From assembly GCA_963833575.1 (NCBI GenBank), contig CAWHXY010000008.1, forward strand, positions 96,001 through 160,000: a stretch of 64,000 nt of DNA, read 5' to 3'. This DNA comes from Candidatus Bathyarchaeota archaeon (GTDB lineage Archaea; Thermoproteota; Bathyarchaeia; Bathyarchaeales; Bathycorpusculaceae). A program made the translations under genes and the position numbers. How positions within the stretch are numbered: the stretch's first letter is position 1; the number at the start of each line of letters is the position of its first letter. Below the pieces are notes generated by a model. The model was given only the letters and a program-made list of their open reading frames with translations. It searched no databases and was not told the DNA's origin. Of this stretch, positions 19,887-29,150 are shown one piece after another.

Positions 19887-20714
19887 TTGCTAGACATGAT
19901 AACCCTTCTTCTAATTTCTATAGCAGTTGGATTACTTGGCTCCCTTACTGGTCTCGGAGGCGCAAGTATCCTAACCCCCATTTTGGTTTTGCTTGGCATC
20001 CCCATCAAGGAGGCTGTCGCATGCGGAATGGTTGCAATCATTGCTACATCAAGCGGATCAGCCGCATCATTTGTCAGAGAAAGAATTACAAACATCAAAC
20101 TGGCGATGTACCTTGAAATGTTTACCATTATCGGTGCAATTGCCGGCGCAACAATCACCCTAATAATAGCGCCAGTTTTCCTTTATTTCTTATTTGCAGC
20201 CTTCCTGCTTACCTCTTTCGTTAAAGTAAGAAGTTCGTTTAAAGCTTATACTATTCCTGAAAAACAAGACAGAGTTTCAAAATGGCTTGGTCTTGAAGGA
20301 AGTTACTATGATGAATCCACAAAACAAGTAATCAAGTATAGATGCACGAACTCGATTCTGGGGGGCTTAGGCATGTTTGTTGCTGGGCTTGCTGCGGGGA
20401 TGCTTGGAATAGGCGCTGGAGCATTCAAAGTAATTGTGCATGAGAAAGTTCTAAAAATGCCTGCCAAAGTATCAAGCGCCACGAGCAGCTTCATTATAGG
20501 CATGACTGCACTGGCTGGCGTGAGTGTTTACCTTTTTTCGGGTCTTCTCAATGTGACTTTAATGGCGCCGATGGCTGTTGGTGTAACAGTTGGCGCTGTG
20601 GTCGGCGGAAGAGTTCTGAATAAAATTCGTGATCGGAACCTCAAGATACTTTTCCTTGTAATCGTCACGTTGCTGATTATTCAGATGCTCTACAAAGGAG
20701 TGACAGCTCTATGA
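19887..20714 (+). CDS. Sulfite exporter TauE/SafE family membrane protein
   Basis: GSLTGLGGASILTP and AGMLGIGAGAFKV repeats, ~8 TM helices. Confidence 0.9.
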   Translation: MLDMITLLLISIAVGLLGSLTGLGGASILTPILVLLGIPIKEAVACGMVAIIATSSGSAASFVRERITNIKLAMYLEMFTIIGAIAGATITLIIAPVFLYFLFAAFLLTSFVKVRSSFKAYTIPEKQDRVSKWLGLEGSYYDESTKQVIKYRCTNSILGGLGMFVAGLAAGMLGIGAGAFKVIVHEKVLKMPAKVSSATSSFIIGMTALAGVSVYLFSGLLNVTLMAPMAVGVTVGAVVGGRVLNKIRDRNLKILFLVIVTLLIIQMLYKGVTAL

Positions 20715-21103
20715 ATTCTCCCGGCTTAGGTAGTGGCGAGTCAAAACTGGAAACCATCATAAGCTACATACTCGCAATAGGTGTTGTCGTCAGCGTATTA
20801 TTCGAGGTCATTGGCATAACGCTTTACTACGGCTCCTTTGGAAACCTGAGGATTTCACAAGACAAAAGCGTTTTTATTAGCGGACAAAACTTTTTCGCTT
20901 TTATAATTGACCAAACGCAACACTTGTTCGGAGTACAAAACGCTCTTCTCTTCATAACGCTGGGACTTATTATCTTGATTTTGACACCTTATATCCGAGC
21001 ATTAACTTCAGCCATCTTTTTTGCATCGGAAAAACACTACAAATACTTCTTGATAACACTCTTCGTAATTATGGTCCTGACATTGAGTTTGGCATTACAT
21101 TAG
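20711..21103 (+). CDS. DUF1634 family membrane protein
   Basis: Three TM helices, GLIILILTPYIR motif, coupled to the TauE gene as is typical. Confidence 0.8.
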   Translation: MNSPGLGSGESKLETIISYILAIGVVVSVLFEVIGITLYYGSFGNLRISQDKSVFISGQNFFAFIIDQTQHLFGVQNALLFITLGLIILILTPYIRALTSAIFFASEKHYKYFLITLFVIMVLTLSLALH

Positions 21104-21198
21104 TTAATTTGAATTATTGTATGATCTGTGCTGAAACACAAATCAATAGACGCTTAACTCTATATTACCCTTCAACAATAATTGAAAGTTGAAGCATT

Positions 21199-21822
21199 AT
21201 GGCTGAAGAAAAAGAGCGTGCTACTCCGAAGTCTCGCATTGAATCGCTTTCAGACTTAATTTTTGGCTTAGTGCTTTCCATAGGTGCCTTGACCTTAATA
21301 GGGCAGCCACCAAGCGATTTTCCGCAACTCATTTTAGACATATTATATTTTGCTTTCAGCTTTTTGATTCTAATCAGCGTTTGGTACTCATACACACGCA
21401 CTATGTCTCAACTGCGCATTGAAACGCCAATGATGGTTAACCTAAATATTTTGTTGTTGTTTTTCGTTTCTGTTGAACCTTTTCTTTTCAACGAATTGCA
21501 TTCTACCTTTGAAGAGAATGTTTCTATTGTTTATGCTTTCGACTTGGGCGGATTATTCATTATTCAGGCTTTGCTTGCCAACTCTGTCCTCACAGATAAA
21601 AACACCATTAGATCCGACAGAATACTTCAAAGTTATACAATTCGGAGAAATACACTTTTGCTGGGTGCTGCGCTTTTCTTTATTTCAGCGTTACCATTTT
21701 TCTGGTCCTGGGCTATAACGATAAACGACACTTTGACTATTCCTTTAAGAATCATACTTTGGCTAATCACGCTTTTCACCCCAACTATTAGACGTTTATG
21801 GGAAAAAAGGCTCAAAAACTAA
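21199..21822 (+). CDS. TMEM175 family (DUF1211) potassium-channel-like protein
   Basis: RIESLSDLIFGLVLSI variant of the RxxxFSD motif; YFAFSFLILISVW; 6 TM helices. Confidence 0.8.
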   Translation: MAEEKERATPKSRIESLSDLIFGLVLSIGALTLIGQPPSDFPQLILDILYFAFSFLILISVWYSYTRTMSQLRIETPMMVNLNILLLFFVSVEPFLFNELHSTFEENVSIVYAFDLGGLFIIQALLANSVLTDKNTIRSDRILQSYTIRRNTLLLGAALFFISALPFFWSWAITINDTLTIPLRIILWLITLFTPTIRRLWEKRLKN

Positions 21823-22016
21823 TAAAGTGGATGTTAAGACCTGAGAATTTGTTGCTCAATATTTTGGATTCATAATTGCTTTATTTTGCTTTTGTCTTTA
21901 GTTGATTTCAGCTTTGAACCCATTATTGACAACGAAGAAAAGGAGCGCGAAATACCAAAAAAATAGTTGAAGTCTGTCATCCTTAAATTGTTGACAACGT
22001 ACCAAGGGAAAAATGA

Positions 22017-24227
22017 ATGAACAAAGACACCATGAATGAAAATCGGAAAGAAGAAAACAAGGGTGGCAAGCTTCACGAGATAATTGACAGCCTCGGCGAT
22101 ATCTTATTTATCATGGATAAAAACCGGATAATCATAGATGTCAATAAAAGCGCTTGTGATTTATTCAAGAAAAAACCCGAAGAATTGATTGGTAAGCATT
22201 GTTACGAGGTAGTTCACCAAGCTAATTGTCCTTGGCCTAATTGTCCAGCAACGAAAACTTTTGAAACCAAACAAATAATCACCGAAGAAGTAAATGATCC
22301 AAATTTAGGAATTCCATTATTGGTTACAACCTCTCCAATCCTGAATGAACAAGGCAACGTCTCCCAGGTTATTCATATTGCTAAAGATATTTCTTCAATT
22401 AAACTAGCGGAAACAGATCTGCATATTGCCGCGATCCTATTTGACGCTGTATCCGACTCAATACTAGTTCATGATTTGGATGGAAAAATAGTTTATTTCA
22501 ATGAAGCGGCTTACAAGACAAGAGGTTTCACAAAAAATGAATTTCAAACGTTATCTATCCAAGACTTAGAAGTGCCTGATAATCCTAGATTTTTTGGAGA
22601 CAGAATGAAAAATCTTTTTGAGAAAGGTGATGTCACCTTTGAAGCTGTAAACCTTCGGAAAGATAAGAAAGTCATCCCGGTTGAGATCCATGCGCGAGTA
22701 TTTGATTCAGACAACCGAAAACTGATTCTAAGCGTAGCTAGAGACATTTCAGAAAGGAAAGCAATTGAAGAAGAACTATTTGAAAATCATGCAAAATATA
22801 AAACTACGTTCGAGTCATCAATGGATGCATTGATGCTACTTGATGAAAACTCTTTTTTAGACTGCAACTCTATGGCTCTTAGTCTTTTTGGCTTCTCTTT
22901 AGTGGACGAGTTTACAAAAAATCACCCCGCCGATTTGTCCCCTGACTTTCAGCCTGATGGTACATCCTCTCGTGAATCTGCAATTTCTCATATTAACAAA
23001 GCGCTTCAAGATGGCAAAGACAGTTATTTTTGGGTTCATAAGCGGAAGGATGGTACTCTTTTTCAAGCTGATGTGCTCCTTTCGCGAGTCTTTTTGAAAC
23101 ACAGGAACATAGTGCAGGCTACTGTGCGGGATGTAACGCAGCAAAGAGAGGCAGAGGAACAACTTAAGCTGGCAGAAGAAAAATACAGAACTTTGCTTAA
23201 TACAGCTAATGTTATTGTTCAATCTGTCAATGCAGATAGTAAGTATATTTTTGTTAACGAAGAATGGAAAAAAGCATTAGGCTACTCTGAAACGGACCTA
23301 AAAGATATTACTATGGCGAATGTAGTCAGAAAAGATCACCTTCAATATTGTATGGACGTTTTTAAGCAAATACGGAATGGAGCCTGTATTCATGATGTTG
23401 AGACCGTTTTTGTTGCTAAAGATGGACGCGAGATTACTGTAAGCGGAAATGCCTGCCCAATTCTAAAGGATGGAAAATTTATTTCTACCGTATCATTCTT
23501 TGTCGACATTACTGAACGCAAAAAAGATGAAGAAAAACTCAGAGAAAACAGCCGCAGAATAGAAATGATGAATGAAAAGTTACGCGTTGTAGGTAGCTTG
23601 ACTAGGCATGATGTTCGAAACAAACTCGGCGCTATAACTGGCTATTCTTACATTCTTAAGAAAAGACACGCGGATCAAGCTGACATGGTGGACTATCTTG
23701 ACAAAATGGTGCAAGCTGTTAACTCTTCGGTCAAGATTTTTGATTTTGCGAAAATGTACGAGCAACTCGGGGTAGAGAAACTGAGTTTAATTGATGTCAA
23801 AAAAGCTGTAGATCAAGCGGAGGAGCTTTTTTCTGAGCCTCTTAAGTTCAAAGTGATCAATGAATGCAGTGGTTTGAAGTTGTTTGCGGATTCGTTCTTA
23901 AGACAAATGTTCTACAACCTACTGGATAATACAAGGAAATATGGCGAAAAAGCCACAACGGTAAGAGTACACTGTGAAAGCGTTGATGAAGGCGTCATGA
24001 AATTGATTTATGAAGATGACGGTGTTGGCATTTCTAATGAAAATAAAATGCGTCTTTTCAAAGAAGGCTTTAGCACGGGCGGAAGTACCGGATTTGGTTT
24101 GTTCTTAATTAAGAAGATGATGGAAGTTTATGGCTGGACTATTGAAGAAAATGGTGAATTGGGTAAAGGGGTAAGATTCCAAATAACCATTCCGAACCTT
24201 AACTCAAACAAAAAAGTAAGTTACTAA
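22017..24227 (+). CDS. PAS-domain (x4) sensor histidine kinase
   Basis: PAS with GKHCYEVVH..CP..CP, H-box RHDVRN, NLLDNTRKYG, DDGVGI, GGSTGFGLF. Confidence 0.93.
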   Translation: MNKDTMNENRKEENKGGKLHEIIDSLGDILFIMDKNRIIIDVNKSACDLFKKKPEELIGKHCYEVVHQANCPWPNCPATKTFETKQIITEEVNDPNLGIPLLVTTSPILNEQGNVSQVIHIAKDISSIKLAETDLHIAAILFDAVSDSILVHDLDGKIVYFNEAAYKTRGFTKNEFQTLSIQDLEVPDNPRFFGDRMKNLFEKGDVTFEAVNLRKDKKVIPVEIHARVFDSDNRKLILSVARDISERKAIEEELFENHAKYKTTFESSMDALMLLDENSFLDCNSMALSLFGFSLVDEFTKNHPADLSPDFQPDGTSSRESAISHINKALQDGKDSYFWVHKRKDGTLFQADVLLSRVFLKHRNIVQATVRDVTQQREAEEQLKLAEEKYRTLLNTANVIVQSVNADSKYIFVNEEWKKALGYSETDLKDITMANVVRKDHLQYCMDVFKQIRNGACIHDVETVFVAKDGREITVSGNACPILKDGKFISTVSFFVDITERKKDEEKLRENSRRIEMMNEKLRVVGSLTRHDVRNKLGAITGYSYILKKRHADQADMVDYLDKMVQAVNSSVKIFDFAKMYEQLGVEKLSLIDVKKAVDQAEELFSEPLKFKVINECSGLKLFADSFLRQMFYNLLDNTRKYGEKATTVRVHCESVDEGVMKLIYEDDGVGISNENKMRLFKEGFSTGGSTGFGLFLIKKMMEVYGWTIEENGELGKGVRFQITIPNLNSNKKVSY

Positions 24228-24482
24228 GCTGAAAAAAAAGGGTCAAGTTACACATAATCGAGTTTTCAGACAAGAAACTCGTCATATCAAAGCGTGAGTT
24301 GAACTGAGTTCTTAATTAATGCTCGCTCAGGGACAAAGATCTCAACTTTTTCTTTCTCTTGTCGTTTTTTGCTTTCAACGAGATCGGTTGCTACACAATT
24401 TGGTAAAGTGCACATGCTTTCCATTTTGAAAACTCTATCTATTAGATTTTATGAATTACGAATCCACTTTAAAGCTGTCAAA

Positions 24483-25376
24483 CTAAGCAATTTTTTTGCT
24501 GATGTTATTTTGATTTCTATTTGCAGCATGCAAGACATGCCCGCCTTTCTCTGGAACGGAGGCGGCAAAATCTGGAATGAAACGTGCAAACATCTGCATT
24601 GGTCCCTCATCTTCGATTTCATCAAAACCCATTGTCATTAATTGGGCAACAAGTTTGTCTGTTTCAAAGTAGGTAACGAAAGCTTCGCCCACTTTGGATA
24701 CATGTGCGGCTCGTCTCTCATGAGCGACACGCATTTTAGGCGAGAACGAAGTTGGCGGATTGCTGTAGTCGAACACTACATGTGCTCCGTTGGGTAAACT
24801 AGCAATGAAATCGAGGGTCGACCATATAGCCGGCTCCGTTAGGTATGGTACGACTCCAAGCCAAGTGAAGAACGTCTGTTGCTCAAGATCAAATTCCGAG
24901 GCTTTCAGCTTCTCTGCTATGGTCTCGCGTTCGAAATCAACTGGAACAAAAAACAGTGAATCAGGTAACTTGATTGCCGCTTCTGTGAGAAGCTGGCGTT
25001 TCCAGACCTGCGTTGCCGAATGATCCACTTCAAAGATGCGTAAGCGGTCGCCAAACGGATTGCGGTAGGCATAGGTATCTAGTCCCGCGCCGAGTACCAC
25101 AAGTTGACGAACACCGTGTTTCACGGCGACGGCCAGAGCATCCTCGGCGAACCTTGTCCTCATTGCAATGAAGAGGCGCATCCGTTTTCTAGACCGATTT
25201 AGTTCAGCCTCGTGAACCAAACATTTGGCGTCTTTACCGAGAATGCGAAGAGCGAGTGGATCGGCAAATATGCATCCGTTCTCCAAGATTTGATGAGCGG
25301 CACGGTGGGCGGCCGCCGCTAGAGCCGTCCGGCTTGGTAGCCCCGATTCCATCAATTTATGTTTATCCAAATGCAA
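24483..25376 (-). CDS. SAM-dependent methyltransferase (LCM/TcmP-like family)
   Basis: SRTALAAAAHRA, RTRFAED, QLVVLGAGLDTYAYR, FEVDH, WLGVVPYL. Confidence 0.9.
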   Translation of the reverse strand: MHLDKHKLMESGLPSRTALAAAAHRAAHQILENGCIFADPLALRILGKDAKCLVHEAELNRSRKRMRLFIAMRTRFAEDALAVAVKHGVRQLVVLGAGLDTYAYRNPFGDRLRIFEVDHSATQVWKRQLLTEAAIKLPDSLFFVPVDFERETIAEKLKASEFDLEQQTFFTWLGVVPYLTEPAIWSTLDFIASLPNGAHVVFDYSNPPTSFSPKMRVAHERRAAHVSKVGEAFVTYFETDKLVAQLMTMGFDEIEDEGPMQMFARFIPDFAASVPEKGGHVLHAANRNQNNISKKIA

Positions 25377-25536
25377 TATTACAGTTCCCCAAATGCAATT
25401 TGCCGTTTTGAAAATCTGAAATCCTCATGCAGATTGTCTTCGGTAATGGCATGCGTAATGTATAACAAAGCAAAAAATTAAATTTAATGCTCAATCTGAA
25501 GAAAAAAACCTGAAAAAATACCTTTGTGCAGATAAT

Positions 25537-25614
25537 TGGCGGGCCCGACGGGAATTGAACCCGCGACCTACGGATTAAGAGTCCGCCGCTCTAGCCTGAC
25601 TGAGCCACGGGCCC
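25537..25614 (-). tRNA. tRNA-Lys (anticodon CTT), intronless, CCA encoded
   Basis: Reverse complement GGGCCCG TG GCTC AGTCAGGCTA GAGC G GCGGA CT CTT AA TCCGT AGGTC GCGGG TTCAATT CCCGT CGGGCCC G CCA folds into a cloverleaf. Confidence 0.97.
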
Positions 25615-25724
25615 GCATGGCTTCGCTTTTGAAAAAGGTTTCATTGAATAATATAGAGCTTACGGTTTGCTGTTGCAGCTTGATGCAATGAAAAACTAAT
25701 AACGGTGTAGCGCTTTAATCTTTA

Positions 25725-26663
25725 ATGGAGATTTTTGTGGCAAATTCTTTGGGCGAAGTTTTTGTTTTAAAAACTACTGACCGAGCTGCTGGCGTTCCTT
25801 CGATAGTTAGTAAGTTGGGCTTAGATGATTATTCTCGGAAGACGGTTGCTTTGAAGGCTAATTTTAACAGTGCAGACCCCTTTCCCGCCTCAACTCATAT
25901 AGATACATTAAGAGCCCTTGTTGGAACCCTGAAAAAAGCTGGGGCAGGCGAAATAACTTTAGCTGAACGAAGCGGCATGGGGGAGACTGAACAAGTTTTG
26001 AATGAAATGGGCGTTTTTGCGCTGTCAAAGGAATTGAGATTTAATGCAGTTGTCCTAGATGACGTTGGCCAAGAAGATTGGCTTAAAGTTGAGCGGAAAG
26101 GTACTCATTGGATTAAAGGATTCTACATGGCCAAAGTATTTCACGATGCTGACAAAGTTGTTCAAACTTGCTGCTTAAAGACACACAGGTTCGGCGGGCA
26201 CTTCACCCTTTCACTTAAAAACTCTGTTGGCTTAGTGGCAAAGAAGGTTCCAAATGGACTGTACGATTACATGTGGGAACTGCATAGTTCTCCTAATCAG
26301 CGTCGAATGATTGCGGAAATAAACAACAATTACAATGTGGATTTTGTTTTGATGGACGGCATAAAAGCCTTCGTAACTGGGGGACCAGACAAGGGCACAT
26401 TAGTTGAGCCTAACCTTTTGCTAGCAAGCCGTGACCGAGTAGCCATAGACGCGGTTGGAGTAGCAATTCTTAAAATGCATGGAGCCAAAGGAAAAATCGG
26501 CGAAGCAGACGTTTTTGAGCAAGATCAACTCAAAAGGGCGGCTGAGCTGGGGTTCGGAGTAAAATCCGCCGATGAAATAAAATTGATATCTTTAAATGAT
26601 GAAAACCGAGTTGAAACAGAGCAAATCGAGCGGGTTCTCAAAGCAGAGGATTCTAAACATTAA
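25725..26663 (+). CDS. DUF362 domain-containing protein
   Basis: VALKANFNSAD, AERSGMG, LKTHRFGGHFTLSLKNSVG, DRVAIDAVG. Confidence 0.88.
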   Translation: MEIFVANSLGEVFVLKTTDRAAGVPSIVSKLGLDDYSRKTVALKANFNSADPFPASTHIDTLRALVGTLKKAGAGEITLAERSGMGETEQVLNEMGVFALSKELRFNAVVLDDVGQEDWLKVERKGTHWIKGFYMAKVFHDADKVVQTCCLKTHRFGGHFTLSLKNSVGLVAKKVPNGLYDYMWELHSSPNQRRMIAEINNNYNVDFVLMDGIKAFVTGGPDKGTLVEPNLLLASRDRVAIDAVGVAILKMHGAKGKIGEADVFEQDQLKRAAELGFGVKSADEIKLISLNDENRVETEQIERVLKAEDSKH

Positions 26664-27318
26664 GTATGTCCGGTTTATCGCTTGCTATACCGTCTACACC
26701 TTTCTTAGCATATTCTTTGACACCTTCAGGCTTGTTTATTGTCCAAACCACCACTTTTAAGCCGTTTTCATGTGCTTTCTCAACATTACCTGTATGCGTG
26801 AACCTGTAGAGAGGCAAAAGATAGTTAGCTTTCAACTCTAAAGCAGCTCTAACTGGGTTTTTGTGAGTGGCATAAATTAATCCCGTCTCAACATTTGCGT
26901 TTAGTTCTCTGATTTTTTTGAGTGCTTCCTCAAGAAAAGAAGTTATTACAACATTTTTCTCTAAACCTTTCTCTTTGACTATAGAGAGCACTTGATCTTC
27001 AAAGCCAGTTTCCTTCAACTCAACAAACACCTTTACTTTCTTATCTAGAAAATCCAGCACTTCCTCTAAAGTTGGAATCTTCTCGCCACTGCCAGCATCA
27101 AAACCTTTGATTTCCTCAAGAGTAAAAGCACTTACCAAGCCCTCGCAGTTAGTGGTCCGCTTAACATCAGCATCATGGATGACAACAAGATGATTGTCCT
27201 TAGTTTTTCTAACCTCTAGCTCGACTGCGTCTACACCGATTTCTAACGCTTTCTTAAAACTTGAAAGCGTATTCTCGGGCGCATGAGCTCTAGCGCCTCG
27301 GTGACCAATACGTAACAT
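26653..27318 (-). CDS. Glycerophosphodiester phosphodiesterase (GDPD/UgpQ family)
   Basis: IGHRGA..APENTL, ELEVRKTKD..LVVIHD, IPTLEEVL, WTIN, GIASDKP. Confidence 0.93.
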   Translation of the reverse strand: MLRIGHRGARAHAPENTLSSFKKALEIGVDAVELEVRKTKDNHLVVIHDADVKRTTNCEGLVSAFTLEEIKGFDAGSGEKIPTLEEVLDFLDKKVKVFVELKETGFEDQVLSIVKEKGLEKNVVITSFLEEALKKIRELNANVETGLIYATHKNPVRAALELKANYLLPLYRFTHTGNVEKAHENGLKVVVWTINKPEGVKEYAKKGVDGIASDKPDILNV

Positions 27319-27421
27319 AATAACAGGTATTCAAAGAGCCAATAATATGTTTTGTAAAACTCTTCGTGATCAAATGCTTATATATTGTTCGTACCTCACT
27401 CAAAAGTCGAGTGTGCCACTG

Positions 27422-27871
27422 ATGTCTTCTAACGAAAAAATCTCTCTAAACCCAATAGGTTATGTAAAGACCGAAGCTATTGGCGATGAAATCAAAGATA
27501 AATCTAGAATATCCCAGATTGTCATTAACAAAGAATTAGTTCAAGCCCTAGAGGGCATAAGTGAGTTTTCGCATCTTTTCGTGATATTTTTTATGAGCCA
27601 TGTCCCAGAAGATAAGCGAATAATTCTCAAGGTTCATCCAAGGGGCAGGATGGATATGCCTTTGTTAGGAGTTTTTGCCACGAGAACCAACATGCGCCCG
27701 AACCCAATAGGTTTGACTTTGGTGGAATTGTTAAAAGTGGAAAACAATACTTTGACTGTTCGTGGTCTCGACGCCTTCAACGGCACAGCTATCTTGGACA
27801 TTAAACCCTATGACTCATGGGATACAGTTGAGAAAACAAGAGTTCCTGGCTGGTGGCTTAAGCTAAATTAG
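27422..27871 (+). CDS. trmO: tRNA (t6A37-N6)-methyltransferase TrmO/TsaA family
   Basis: LNPIGYV, FSHL, GVFATR..MRPNPIGLT, GLDAFNGTAILDIKPY; start placed at ATG 27422. Confidence 0.88.
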   Translation: MSSNEKISLNPIGYVKTEAIGDEIKDKSRISQIVINKELVQALEGISEFSHLFVIFFMSHVPEDKRIILKVHPRGRMDMPLLGVFATRTNMRPNPIGLTLVELLKVENNTLTVRGLDAFNGTAILDIKPYDSWDTVEKTRVPGWWLKLN

Positions 27872-27885
27872 AAAGAGTGACGAAT

Positions 27886-28386
27886 TCACATTAACTCTTT
27901 GAATCGATATTCGGTGTCGAGCACGTTTAAAAGTTCTGTTTTAAGCTCCTCACCTTTGACGCCAGAAGCCTTAACGCTCTCAAATTCTTCAGCAAGCTCT
28001 GTCTCTTTGCAAACGCCTTTCAGCCAAGCTTCAAAATCGCCTCGGAGAAGATGAAATTCAAGAGAATCTACGCTGATCTGTTTGATAATTTTGTAAAAAT
28101 CTCCAAGTGAATTCGCAGTTAAACCAGCAGGTTGATCAATGCCGTAATAAAAGCGAAAACCCATTTCATCCGACACCTTCGTGAACGCTTTAAGTGCTGC
28201 TTTTCCTTTGTCAGTTATGCCAAAACCGTTTCCAATTTTTTGCAGAAACCCCTCTTTTGCTAATTCTTGAATTTGCTGAATTGTTTGGGCAGGGCTCAAA
28301 TTTATCTTCTTAGCGAACATGTTAATGTCCATGCGGTTTTTGGCTTCACTCATCGTTTTTAAAACTTTAAATTCTTCTTCATTCAA
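27886..28386 (-). CDS. Winged-helix plus DUF5752-like domain protein
   Basis: N-terminal wHTH (ITDKGKAAL); C-terminal FRFY.GIDQP.G..A.SL.DF...SLEFHL.RGDFEAWL. Confidence 0.75.
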   Translation of the reverse strand: MNEEEFKVLKTMSEAKNRMDINMFAKKINLSPAQTIQQIQELAKEGFLQKIGNGFGITDKGKAALKAFTKVSDEMGFRFYYGIDQPAGLTANSLGDFYKIIKQISVDSLEFHLLRGDFEAWLKGVCKETELAEEFESVKASGVKGEELKTELLNVLDTEYRFKELM

Positions 28387-28651
28387 ACGGACATCCCTAC
28401 CTTCACTATTTCATTCACACCTAATACTGACAAACGGAAATTTAAATCTCTTAACAAGATCCTTTAAACATTAACGTCGGAACATTCCAACTTCACATCT
28501 TTTACAATTTCACCCGAACTATAATGATGCAAGGACAAATTTCCAATCCAAGATTTCAGGTCAATTCATAGATTAGACCCCTAATGTTACTGGAAAATGA
28601 CTAAAATATTTATAATTGATAAAAAAATAAACAACAATCCAGTGAGCACAC

Positions 28652-29008
28652 TTGAAGAACAATTACATAATTATTTTAGTGACCTGCAAGGATAAGTTGG
28701 AAGCAGAAAAAATAACCCAGTCACTTTTGGAGCAACGTTTGATTGCGTGTGGAAACATCGTTAGTCCTGTCACTTCATTTTTTCACTGGCACGGCAGAAT
28801 TGACATAGCCGAAGAATGCCTGATTGTTATGAAATCACGTCTGGATCTTTTTGAGCAAATTGCTGAACAAGTAAAGAGCTTGCATAGTTATGATGTTCCG
28901 GAGATTCTGGCTCTTCCAATTGTTGAAGGATCGAAAATTTACATAGATTGGATGAACGACGTGCTTAAACCCATTGAAGTCAAGCGTCAAGCAAAACGTT
29001 CATTGTAA
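28652..29008 (+). CDS. cutA: Divalent-cation tolerance protein CutA
   Basis: LIACGNI, SFFHWHG, EECL, HSYDVPEILALP. Confidence 0.93.
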   Translation: MKNNYIIILVTCKDKLEAEKITQSLLEQRLIACGNIVSPVTSFFHWHGRIDIAEECLIVMKSRLDLFEQIAEQVKSLHSYDVPEILALPIVEGSKIYIDWMNDVLKPIEVKRQAKRSL

Positions 29009-29150
29009 CCAAAAGAAAAATTGGATCTCAAAAATAATCTGGCGGTACCTGCTTCTTTAAAAAAGATCTTTCGCCTCAATTACTCAATTTCCATTTAATA
29101 GACCGAAGCAAGTTTTGAATGTACGTTTTTGTACTGATAAGCCTTAAATA

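Noticed and set aside
24230-25614. Integrated element at tRNA-Lys with att repeats
   Set aside because: No integrase and no duplicate of the tRNA 3' end was seen in the window.
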